Below, one piece after another: positions 54,301 through 64,000 of a stretch of DNA of 64,000 bases (positions within the stretch are counted from its first letter, which is position 1; every line of letters begins with the position of its first letter). Source of the stretch: Tubiluchus corallicola (Eukaryota; Animalia; Priapulida); the NCBI GenBank assembly GCA_030141605.1, contig JAQGDQ010000230.1, forward strand, positions 293,985 to 357,984, written 5' to 3'. A program made the position numbers and the translations under genes. The notes below the pieces were generated by a model, which saw nothing but the letters and a program-made list of their open reading frames with translations, had not been told where the DNA came from and did not search any database.

Positions 54301-57300
54301 ATAATTATCTGATTAGCAATGTAAGTCATATGCGGAGCTATTACAGATGCGCTATCTTTTAGAATTTTGATAGGAATATCTGATGGTCCACTCCCTTTGT
54401 TGGAACTTAGGTTATTTAATATGTCGTTAATTTCTCCTACTGTGACGCTTTTGAATGAGAATACTGTGTTAGACGATTTGTTTTTTAATTTATTAATTAT
54501 ATTATTGCTAATATGAGAAGCCACTCCCTTAAAATTTCCAAGATTCAGGAATATTGCATTTAGCGCGTTGGCAATATCTTTGGGTTTTGTAATAACAGTG
54601 TTGTTGATCTTAATTTCGTCAACACGCGTTAGTTTGTTACGGCATTTATTTATTACATTGTTAATAATTTTCCATTTTTCTTTGGTATTTGTTGCGTTTT
54701 TACATTGTTGTTGTATATGTTTATTTTTCAAGCATTTATTAAGATTATTAAATTGATTTCTCTTTTTTTATAATTGTTATGATTGTTTTTAGTTTTGTTC
54801 TTTTCCCATATATTATACATTCTGTTTTTCGCTATTCTTAGTTTGTCAAGTTCAGGTGTTGTCCAGGTACTTTCGTTATTGAGTTTGCTTTGTTGTGGGA
54901 TTTGCTTTACGTTTTTATATGGTGCATGTACATTAAGGCAATATTCGACATTATATGTCAGAATATTAACTTGTGTATCTATTTTATCAGTCATATATAT
55001 GGAGGTCCAGTTCATTTTTGCTAAGTCGATTAAGTATGAATGTTTGTTGTATTGGGCGTAGTCTCTCATTAAATGCCAGACTGAATTTTGGTTATTATTA
55101 TGCTGTGGGGTCATTTTATCTACTAATATTGTGAAATGATGATCTGAATAATCACACGGGAAAGTATCATATGCTACGAAATTATTGTTACTATTCGAAA
55201 TGAAATGGTCGATTACTGTGGCTGATGTTTTAGAAATTCGAGTTGGTTTATTGTTGTTAAGTATGTGGACATTATATTGTTTTAAAAGCTCTGTGTATGT
55301 TTTGTATGCCAGTGTGTTTGTAGCTAAAATATCAAGGTTGAAATCGCCCATTATAAGAACTTTTTTATTTTCGAAAACACTGCGTTCTAGTTCTTCACTA
55401 AAGTATTTGAAAAATGTTTTGTGTTTGAGATTGGGTGGTCTATATATGGTTCCTATTACATAGTTCTCAATGCTGCACCAAACAGATTCAATCTTGCCGG
55501 TTCTGATGCCTTTCATTTCTTGTGGTCTCAGGTGTGAAGGTATATACATCGCAACCCCTCCACCTTTCTTATTTTTACATCTATCTCTTCTTATTAATGT
55601 GTGATTAGGTAATTCTATAGTGTTGCTAAGTATTTGTTTATGTAGCCAAGTTTCTGTTATGCCTACAATCAGATTTTCGGTGGCGTGAATTGTATCTTTC
55701 AGCAGCCAGTGTTTTTTGACGAGACTTTGAATATTTATATTTAGAAATTTGATGTTCTTTTTATAAGTAATCATGAATTTTTTTAGCTCATCACATGTAA
55801 ACTTAAGGCACAAGAAAACCTCCCAATTACAAAAAGCTTAAAAAACTCGTCTCGAAATTTTGTACCACTCACTGCCTTTTTGCATACAGGACTTGCGTCA
55901 GTAGTAAGGCTGTATAAAACATGTAAATTTAAACTCCCACGATGACCGTTAGACGCAGCCATTTTGACGATAAGTCATTTGAAACAAGTTTAGATAACAC
56001 TGAGTAAAGTTTGAGAAAATAATCAGAGCATTCGTACCGCACACATCACTAACTAAGTAAAATTTTTCAAATTACCATATTTTATCAAAAAGATTAAAAA
56101 TACGTTTTTTGGTTAGTGAATTGTGCACCCTGGAGGTGAGTCAGCGACATTTTACCAATAGGTGAAAGCGTTTTAAATAATTAATAATTTTGTTTTCTAG
56201 TTACATAAGCCTTTCAAGCAGGTAAGCGAAATGCTAAGTAATATGACTTTGCATGGAAAGTTTTTTTGGATATAATTTAACATTTCCTATTCTTCCCCTG
56301 ATTTACAATGCTTAGGTGACGTCATGCAATGGCGCCGTCGGAACAGTATTGCCGAAGATTTAAAATGAAAACAAAGAAAAGATTCTTTCATTGCGAGTAT
56401 GATATACGCATAAAATTGATGTAAAGTAACATAATTTTTATGGTGATTTTTCTGAAACCTATTTCAGGTGCCCCTTTTCTTGTCCTGTAAGGTATGTAGA
56501 ATTGACATGTGTAGACTCTCTTGTCACTCGTCAGGCAATACGCTACAGAATGTATCGCTGTTATAACCATACAATTTCAATGCATTGATGTATTCTTAAG
56601 TATTATTATTAATCTAAATGTTATATAGCACCTCATTGTGGGTGTCCCACAACATTACAGAGGAACTCCATTTTAACAAAGGTTGGCTTGGTCTTTTTGT
56701 TAGATTTTCTTGGCGTTTACATCGTCCCAGAAGGCCGTAACGGTCGACGGAAACGGTGGCATATTCGCGAAAGATACGAGAATCATCTGGACCAAACATG
56801 GAGATATGTTCGTGTTGGAATACCTAACGTTTTCCCAAAGTATCAGGTACGATAACTAGTGATAGAAAAGCAGTTAATCAATCTCCAGAACATTATTATC
56901 ATTTGTATATGTTTAATAATTAATTGGTATAGTTATTCATTGTAACACGACATTTTATTTGTTTTATGACCACCTAATGACTTATGTAAGCTCTGTAAGC
57001 AATTGAATTGAATTGAAACAAATCAGTTTACGTCTTAGTTAATTGGTCAGTTGGCTGGTCACCCGGTAGTTTAGTCAGTCGGTCATTTTGCCAAACAACG
57101 AGCAAAACCTCAACCAGACATTTATCTGTCTAACTGATAAAATTAGTAGTTAACCAGGCAGACCTGGCTAACTGATTATCTGGCTGGTTGACTGACCGAC
57201 CGACCGACTGACTACTGACTGTCTGATTAGCTAATCAACTGAATGAATTAGTTAAAATGAATGGATGGTCAAGCAAGTGAATAAACAACAAACAAACAAA

Positions 57301-57454
57301 CAAACAAACAATAAAATGAGCGAAGAATCACAATGGAAAAATTAATGATTCTTATAATTGTTTATGTTTTTAGATTGTATTACGTGGTCGTGCCTGGGGT
57401 GTAGAAGGCGACATTGCTGTGGACGATATAAAAATATTTGATGGACTTTGTTAA
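48344..57454 (+). CDS. Secreted protein of about 692 aa: signal peptide, acidic Asn/Ser/Thr-rich stalk, coiled-coil-like segment, furin site, single C-terminal MAM domain (8 coding exons)
   Basis: Phase-compatible GT-AG exons at 48344-49418, 49906-50025, 50217-50392, 51210-51351, 51730-51933, 52433-52570, 56704-56846 and 57374-57454 total 2079 nt. N-terminus MSAINLLLFLLLVFIISP. MAM hallmarks: C-D-x-E...CGF, W.R..G.TP..NTGP..DHTLGT..GHYLYM, SP, C(M)EFY..M.G, W....V, I...G.......GDIAVDDIKI..G.C*. Confidence 0.88.
52824..54731 (-). CDS. LINE ORF2 reverse transcriptase domain
   Basis: Motifs NYRPIS, QFGFR..HST, FLDLSKAF, GIPQGTLLGPLLF, QYADDT, VKFLGI, WNSLP. Confidence 0.95.
   Translation of the reverse strand: MKNKHIQQQCKNATNTKEKWKIINNVINKCRNKLTRVDEIKINNTVITKPKDIANALNAIFLNLGNFKGVASHISNNIINKLKNKSSNTVFSFKSVTVGEINDILNNLSSNKGSGPSDIPIKILKDSASVIAPHMTYIANQIIMRGEFPTVCKMANVTPIHKKDPKCDPMNYRPISVIHCFGKVWERVIYDQINSYVNKYELLSKHQFGFRKHHSTIDALIHTTENWRHSLDNKQYILAAFLDLSKAFESINHELLYDNLKQIGLDSISLKLIQNYLKDRQQRVKLDTTNFSDWATLNRGIPQGTLLGPLLFCLYINNISSVLKHSQITQYADDTTIYIAYENVQTAKNYLEEDIKNINMAFSHYKLKMNNDKTEFMILSPPLNTNDASSTTLTIDNAVIKQTNNVKFLGIQVDNNLSGDDHFNNIYTKMASSTSYLRQVKGQLTKETKTLIYKTLVLPHFSYGCTLLQKTKRENYLKLNLLQNYALRLIAGYSYKHKAGRQKFKASTTNLRKTLKFPIIEAHKEYFTLLFIFKYINNISKPFKNNRFTFFPNPIVNSRTFNLKQIRTNTHYGTNSVIKQAILLWNSLPLQVKQIKSLSAFKTKLKSLILTRYEIPSHQYDNIHTNSEFIYPRPY
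54728..55813 (-). CDS. LINE ORF2 N-terminal apurinic-like endonuclease domain (frameshifted from RT)
   Basis: Motifs NIQSL, GITETWL, RRDR...GGGVAMYI, YRPP, MGDFNLD, PTR...T.IDH, SDH. Confidence 0.92.
   Translation of the reverse strand: MCLKFTCDELKKFMITYKKNIKFLNINIQSLVKKHWLLKDTIHATENLIVGITETWLHKQILSNTIELPNHTLIRRDRCKNKKGGGVAMYIPSHLRPQEMKGIRTGKIESVWCSIENYVIGTIYRPPNLKHKTFFKYFSEELERSVFENKKVLIMGDFNLDILATNTLAYKTYTELLKQYNVHILNNNKPTRISKTSATVIDHFISNSNNNFVAYDTFPCDYSDHHFTILVDKMTPQHNNNQNSVWHLMRDYAQYNKHSYLIDLAKMNWTSIYMTDKIDTQVNILTYNVEYCLNVHAPYKNVKQIPQQSKLNNESTWTTPELDKLRIAKNRMYNIWEKNKTKNNHNNYKKREINLIILINA
57040..57311. repeat. Degenerate tetranucleotide tracts (GTCA/GACT/GACC, partly inverted) and (AAAC)n
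   Basis: agtcagtcggtca (about 57073) versus tgactgaccgaccgaccgactgact (about 57189); aaacaaacaaac run at about 57283-57311. Confidence 0.65.
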
Positions 57455-58750
57455 AATGAAAGTGAACAATCATGGCATGTCTTTACAAAACGACCAGTTT
57501 TACTATTTGGAACTATATTATTTTGTTGTATATTTATTTACTTAATCAAGCGGTACGCTACACAGAGAAGGCTACACGTTAAGACATCAGTAGTTAATTA
57601 AGCTAGGCAATAATGTACTAAAGGTTTGACAAATTACCGTGTAGTTTTAGTAAATTAATTTTATGAATAATTTTGTTTATTCGATGTTTTAATTTTTCGT
57701 CTTATGCATGCTAGTGAAAAATTGGGATGTTACTGAAAACAATTCAGTACTTGTTGTTACACGTAAATTCATTTTTCTGTGACAATATGATAATTTTTAT
57801 GTTGGGTGTGGTAACTGAAAAAGTTAAAATGAACATAAAGATAAAAACGCAAATGTAAAGGTAAGTTTTAACGATTTTCGTAACGTTCATTAGCAAAATA
57901 CCATTAGCCTGTTTTAAAGAAAAGTCAGTGTACACATAAGCACAATCTAGTTACATATATTATGCAATATATTATTGGTAATAAATTTAAATTTGTATGA
58001 ATTGTTAACCAAGAGTAACAATCTATAGGCAAAACAATGCAGAAACTTGAAAAGATTTTTATTTTCGATCAGGGCATTCATGCAGGGCATAAAGAAAAAA
58101 AACTGTGAAGCAGAATAATAAGTACTGATATTTTTACCCTCAATAACTTTGTAATTTAAAATTGTACATCATGGCTCAAAAATGTATTGTTCAATAATAA
58201 TTATACAATAATTTACAAGGTCAAGTGTACCGCTTGGTACACATAAAACGTCTCAATCAATCAACATGTTTATAGATAAAAATAAATTACTAATAATTTA
58301 CCAATATTAACAGTTTGTTACACACATTATTTACATTATGTACACTTATGACAATACCCTATTATTATAGGCTTTAATTGTTTCTTGAAAACCTATTGTC
58401 TTTTCCTAGAATACTGATTTGTACAGGAATGCAAAACTTACCCACTTTTTGTACGTTGATTTTGTAATTTTTCCTGTTGATTTTCAGAAATAAAATATCT
58501 ATCTGTTTATCTAGTAGTAGGCTTACAGCTTTTGACAATAAGACGGGAAAGAGTGTATAATTTTGGCACATACAAACCACAAAACAGGCATCTTCCATGA
58601 AGCTGCTCTGTGTTGCTCTGCATAATCTTACAAAAGGGTACAAGTCTGAAAAAAATTGACAATGTATACATTTTGCTCAATTGTTCGCTATAAATGCTTG
58701 TCAACAAATTTTACCCTAGTTCCACTGCTACAGATCTTTTGAGAATCTTG

Positions 58751-59449
58751 CTACCGGCAACCGCACCCGTCAACAATCATATCATCATACTGACGTAACA
58801 CAACGTTGCTATTGCTGTCATAATAGAGCATAGATACTGGTGACAATTTTGTAGGGACGCAACACGCACTCGGAGCTTTTTTATAGTTTACTGAATTAAC
58901 CAATGTCTGAATGATGGCGTGGTTTGTTGCATTCAGCTGCTCGTGTAAAGGAAACGGACATTTTCCGTCGCAGAAAAACGCGTCGTATCCAGGTGGCGCA
59001 ATGATCCAATCCGACCACCCGATTTCATGGAAATTGACGTACAACTTACGTTTCTGACAGATGGACTTCGCGTGTCGACGATTGCCGCCAATGGAGATGG
59101 AATGGCGGCTGCGACGGTTACGGTGTCGCGACCTCGTTGATCGTTTCATTCGATCACTGCGATCACCAACATACTCATCGTTGCTATCACTCGTTAAACG
59201 CTTAACCCGATCGCTGCGACTATCATCATTATGACCATCTTTGCTGCCATCAACAGAAAGTCTATCTTTGCATTTAGATTCGTCTGTTGATTTGATAACT
59301 AGAGATGCTTCCAAGTCAACAACACCGGGGCAAGGCAGTTCCCGACTCTTTCTCCCAGCATACTTGATGGCCACTAGGAGACCATAATTAACAGAGTCCC
59401 CTAATAGCCAGTCCTTTATAGTCTCTGTTGCATCAAATGGTTCCCATTC
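58751..59449 (-). CDS. univin: Univin/Vg1/GDF1-3-like TGF-beta ligand (BMP2/4 paralog), last coding exon
   Basis: Acceptor tttttag|GAA at 59449 (phase 0): [14 protein letters not shown]....NYGLLV; multiple RxxR sites. Mature domain [57 protein letters not shown]...[65 protein letters not shown] and NVVLRQY resemble sea-urchin Univin as recalled. TGF-beta membership is certain; the subfamily is inferred. Confidence 0.8.
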   Translation of the reverse strand, partial: EWEPFDATETIKDWLLGDSVNYGLLVAIKYAGRKSRELPCPGVVDLEASLVIKSTDESKCKDRLSVDGSKDGHNDDSRSDRVKRLTSDSNDEYVGDRSDRMKRSTRSRHRNRRSRHSISIGGNRRHAKSICQKRKLYVNFHEIGWSDWIIAPPGYDAFFCDGKCPFPLHEQLNATNHAIIQTLVNSVNYKKAPSACCVPTKLSPVSMLYYDSNSNVVLRQYDDMIVDGCGCR

Positions 59450-60109
59450 CTAAAAAAGCGTGATAAAATATATATTTAGTAGGAACTAAAACTAATTATT
59501 AAACAAAGAGTTAGTAAACTAATTAAGCTTTTTGGGGGTTTGAGGCCATGATAGACAGATTTGTGTTTCTTTTTACTGTATCACCTTAACTTTAATCCCT
59601 TTAATATACATCGACAACGATATAGCTATTATAAAAAGACTAGAAGTCATAACTATTAAAACCAGAACCATGGCCAAATTCAAATAAAAGTATTAGCATC
59701 ATAAATAAATTGACTTGAAAGTGCTTGATCTTTTGGTAATAAATACATTATATCTAACCTACAGAAATTCTTCCGAAATTCATGTGCACGTTTTGAAGTT
59801 TAACCACATAAGAAGCAGGCAAGATGTTATTGGAAAAAAACATTAATCATAACATTTAAACTTTCAAAACTTCGTGGAAAGCTACGTCAGGAACCGAACT
59901 CAATGACGCGAAGCGAACCACGCCTTTCTACTAAGGACAGCTACCCTAGTACTTGGAACAAACAGAGCCTACGTCATAATAGTTTTAACACCCTTGTTTC
60001 CGATACATTACTGGAGTATTATTAGAACATAGCATTAACAGATTTTAGCAGCTAATATTTCGAAGGAAGTGGCCTTCACTAAGTAGCATTTAACTAATGC
60101 TGTACGCAC

Positions 60110-60396
60110 CTGTTTCAGTGTTAAAATAGTCCTAGTTGCAATGAGTTCTGTTACTGACGTGAGAAGGGTCAGGTCTCGCTGCGTCTCATCTGCGTTGATT
60201 GGTTGAAGTAAACGATAAATTCGAATCTTGTACTTCTTGGGTACGAAGGGCAAACCGACGAAGTTTCGGGACAATTTTAGTCGAATTTCAGCTGAGTTAA
60301 GTTTCTCTGAACTTGGCATTCCCTCCAAATTAAACAACAATTTTTTCGAGTCACATCGCTGATGTCCTAGCTGTGAAATTGCTCTGACTATTCCGC
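60110..60396 (-). CDS. univin: Univin-like ligand, internal prodomain exon
   Basis: Acceptor ttcattccag| at 60396 (phase 1) and donor CAG|GTGCGT at 60110 (phase 0, matching the next exon). Encodes GIVRAI...LLFNLEGMPSSEKLNSAEIRL...IRIYRLL, a TGF-beta prodomain pattern. The signal-peptide exon was not found in 60400-64000. Confidence 0.85.
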
Positions 60397-63300
60397 CTGG
60401 AATGAAAATATACGCACGCATTAATAAAAGCCGTACATAAGTGCATATCAATGAATCATGAATAGGTATAGAATTACTTATCATTTACCGTTTCGTTTTT
60501 TGGGGTTGCTCGCATGACGAAGTAACTCTGTAAGGAGGTTTAATTCATGAAGTTTAGTTCACCATGATGCCTGTCTCGTTCATGTAATAAATTTTTAACC
60601 GTTTTTTACGTTGCGACTTCAAAATCGAGTTACTCCTATTCCACTTTTACGAAATAACGGCAAATGGTGTTACAAATAATATATTCGCGAAAACACGGGA
60701 CATGACAACACATTCCCGACTAGTTATAAGAAAATGCAGTTTATAATAATAATCTGTAATAATCGCAAATACTAATCTGCAAAAATGATTTGGAATACTA
60801 TTGGATTGCCCACTAACGCCTCTTAGCGGTTGTAAGAATTTGTTTTATGGTTAAAGGTTTCTAAACTCCTTAACAGTCTTGCTTAATATATAAACATATA
60901 AACGGAGAAAAACAAATAAATACAATATAAAAAACGTCCTTTTTCGTGTATGCTTTGTCCTCAATTTTTACCACTCATAACTCAGATTTAATTTTAAACA
61001 TGCATCTTTCAAGCTAAAACTCAAACTGAACATTCAACTGCTGAAATTGACCAAGAATTTTATTCAGGTGCAGTTTTGACGTCATGAGGTGGCCAGTCTC
61101 TACGAATCCCTTTTTATATTAAAAGCAGAAAATCGTCAACCAGATGCTGAAAATGTCACCAGATTTTATTATTTCCGTTAATGCCTGATTCAACTGGCAG
61201 TTCATAGAATTCACGTACGTGTACAATGGCTTCATCTGAATGATTGCAACAGGAACCACTGAAGGCAATTAATTCAGGTGAAAATGATTCAGGCAAAAAT
61301 TTCTGAGAAAGCTCATATTGTCAACATCGATGACAAAGTGTGTAAAAGCGCTGAGTAGTCAGGACAAAATTGATAAACGTCAAAGCGGTTGTAAATTTGG
61401 CAAAATACTGCTGCTAAAACAATTGGGTAGTTATTGTTACTCTTTTCTAAACTTCTGCTTGTTTATCAAAGCTAAATACTTGTTTACATGGTACATTAAT
61501 TACATTTTGATTTTAAAGTTGTTTTTCAATCTAGCATTGGTAGCATCCTTGCGTTGCATCAAGACAAACTGGGGTTTTACCATTTTAAGGTTTTGTTTAT
61601 ACACAAGAGAAGTCTTGGATAGTATTAAATTACTAAATAATCTCAGGAATTTTATTATCTGGATAAGAATTTGGATAAGAATAACACACTCAGTATTTAA
61701 TTCCTCCATTATCATATAATTCCGGGGTAAGTTACCTGGAAATGTTTTACCTTTAATACAGCGTTACAGTTACATAATCAAGTTTAACACCAACAAAGCA
61801 GAATAATATTAAAGCAATTTTCTTAAACAGAAGGTGAACAATTAATAGAATCAATGCACAATGTATTCCCTTACATGCACACACACCGTATATAATCTTA
61901 GCTTGACATGGAAAAGCTTACCTCAGTTAATTCAGTTAAGTTCATCTGCCTTACGGCTTTGTTTACCCGCATTAATTACTCTGGGATGCTGATTGTTATC
62001 GTGGCCATAATTACTGACGTTTTAAGCGCATCCGCTATTAGAGCTGATTTAATCATTAACTGGGCATTCATTAGGCATTGTTCTGTGGCATATGTTTACT
62101 TAGCATGCGAACAAACTCGACCACTCCAAAAAGGTGTTAAACACATATGTGCAGCTGTGCTCAGGTACTTAAGTGAATAGATTAAATATAAAATAATATA
62201 GGCATTGCAGTTATTGTGCTTATATAATCACACTGTAATATGATATAAAATTTAAATGCATCAATAATGACGCCCACTCCCAATATTTGAGAACGAATTG
62301 CGATTCAGATGACGTATTATTGCAAATTTACCAATACAACACGCAAGTCTATTAAGTGTTTTATTGGATCATTGCCTATTATACAAATTGCGCACTAGAT
62401 ATAAATTTGATTGTCGCAAATATTAATCTGCAACCATTAAATATGACCTTTTTAATCTGCAGCTATAATTGTCTTGGGATGCCCGAAAATTAAAATACAA
62501 GCATTCTGTATTATAAGGCGTAAATTGAATAGCTTCATAATAATTCTATAATGTAAAAAACAAACAATTATTGCGAACAGACAAAAAGCAATTTGCTGTC
62601 GCATATCGCATTTTTATAAAAAAAAATTCAGTGAGACTTTAAAAAGACAGCGACATTTTCATACATTTTAACGACTGTTATCAATAGCTTTTGTATACAG
62701 TTATTTTTAAATTCACAAACATGTAAAAATTCCGAAAATGATTGGAATTATCAAAAATAGTTTAAGGTAATTAATAAAATATTACTCGAGTTTTATCAAA
62801 ATTTAATCAATGAATGTTTATGCTGACCAAAATCTAATTATGTCAACATTGGTATAAAGATGTTTGAAAAAATGGAAAAACGTGCATGTTTTTAAATTAA
62901 ATTACTGTGTACAGAGTTTCAGCGGGGACAAATGCTTGGCATGGATATTGAATAAACCCACGATTATAAGTTGTAGAAATCAAGTTTAACCAACATAAAA
63001 TAAAAAAAAGAAATTTTAAAAATTCGGGACTCGGGAATCCCGAACTTAGGAGTTTTCAGTTCAGTTACGAATCATTTGTGCCGGTACACGAAAGCACATA
63101 ATCCTTTGTGAGCAAGGCAGATTTCAATATCTTTCCAGTATTAATTAGTGTTAGTTTACCAGATAGAATAATAATTGACTAATTACATTGACTTATGTAT
63201 TTATTTTATAATAATTACAAAATTGATCTATAGATAATGAATTAATTATAATTTTAATTTCGGGATTAATAATTAGTAATAGAATAAACCCACATTTATT

Positions 63301-64000
63301 TAATTTTAAAATTATCAATTTGCTGTGTAGTACCCAAAATAAAACAAAAATCACGCTGTGGATAGTAGTACGAAATTTAGAAATGATCACACAATGTTTA
63401 AAACTAATGATTTTAGATGAAAAATGCCTCGCCAATTTTCATCATTCACTTTTTCGTTAAACTGCAGAGCACTGCATATGCAAAGATCATGATTATTAGC
63501 ATAAAATCATTTGGAAAACATTTGGCGTTTTCCACAAAAATTATTTACTAAAAAGATTAAAAAATGAAAAATTTAGTTTGTATGGTGCTAACATCCTGCA
63601 CTGACTAACATGGAAAAGAGGAAACGTGATTCGGTAACGTTTTTCCTAAATAAATGAATCATGTTAATAAATTTTGACGTAATTTATCTGTAAAAGTAAT
63701 GACACATGGCAATGACGAAAACACGCAATACAGTGTCATTAACTTTTTATGGTTTTCGTGAATTATAGGGAATAAAACCGCTTGTAGATAAAACAACCAA
63801 GTGTTAGTTTATATATTTTGTATGCTCATTGTTTTAATGTAGGTCTGCAACATTGGCTTCAGCCAATGTTTTTTTTAAATACCGACAATTAGAACGTTAT
63901 CAAGCACTGTTAAAAGTAATTACAGTTTGTGGTCTGTTTTAGAAAAGGGCCTTGTCCCAGACTAATTCTGTAATAACATTGTGGATTGCGACATCAATTT

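Larger units (their letters stand above)
52604..56050 (-). mobile_element. Near full-length L2/CR1-group (Crack/Daphne/Kiri-like) LINE in intron 6 of the MAM gene, antisense
   Basis: APE endonuclease ORF 55813-54728 and RT ORF 54731-52824. The 3' tail AATAAAGATTATTA-(TA)n is at about 52635-52604. The 5' region has CAAAATGGCTGC and a vestigial Cys-containing mini-ORF. The 5' boundary is approximate. Confidence 0.9.

Noticed and set aside
54760-54772. Programmed -1 ribosomal frameshift joining LINE EN and RT
   Set aside because: The in-frame heptamer is T AAA AAA or A AAA AGA, not a canonical X XXY YYZ site, and LINE ORF2 is normally continuous. A homopolymer indel is simpler.
58751-59374. ADMP assignment for the second TGF-beta ligand
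   Set aside because: It lacks the ADMP-type motifs as recalled (WSGWIISP, RPTNHATVQS, INLLYFD) and fits Univin/BMP2/4-like better. A phylogeny is still needed.
60400-64000. First (signal-peptide) exon of the Univin-like gene
   Set aside because: The minus-strand ORFs here (61500-61715, 63193-63435) show no TGF-beta prodomain N-terminal pattern. The exon probably lies beyond the window.

Overview
This is AT-rich, intron-rich metazoan (most likely marine invertebrate) nuclear DNA, not prokaryotic. Reading splice sites by hand gives four protein-coding genes. (1) A 9-exon type-I acyl-CoA thioesterase/BAAT-family gene (+, 3072-12548). (2) A BMP2/4 (dpp) gene (+, coding 26206-29987, with probable non-coding first exons at about 18-20 kb). 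(3) An 8-exon, about 692-aa secreted protein with a signal peptide, a long acidic N-glycosylation-rich stalk, a coiled-coil-like segment, a furin site and one cysteine-enriched C-terminal MAM domain (+, 48344-57454). (4) A second BMP2/4-related TGF-beta ligand that best resembles Univin/Vg1/GDF1-3 (-, 3' two exons 58751-60396; its 5' exon was not found in the window). A possible first exon of a divergent gene lies at 1650-1800 (-). Mobile DNA includes a dead 5'-truncated CR1 LINE, a near-intact L2/CR1-group LINE inside a MAM-gene intron, a 944-bp TGT...ACA TIR element with a 5-bp TSD at the thioesterase 5' end, and a MITE/Helentron-like element with telomere-like repeats. There are also microsatellites and a local tandem duplication. 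The most interesting structure is the BMP2/4 - secreted pro-MAM protein - Univin-like cluster, a candidate ligand/modulator module. All gene models are manual reconstructions, and family names come from recalled motifs rather than database searches.
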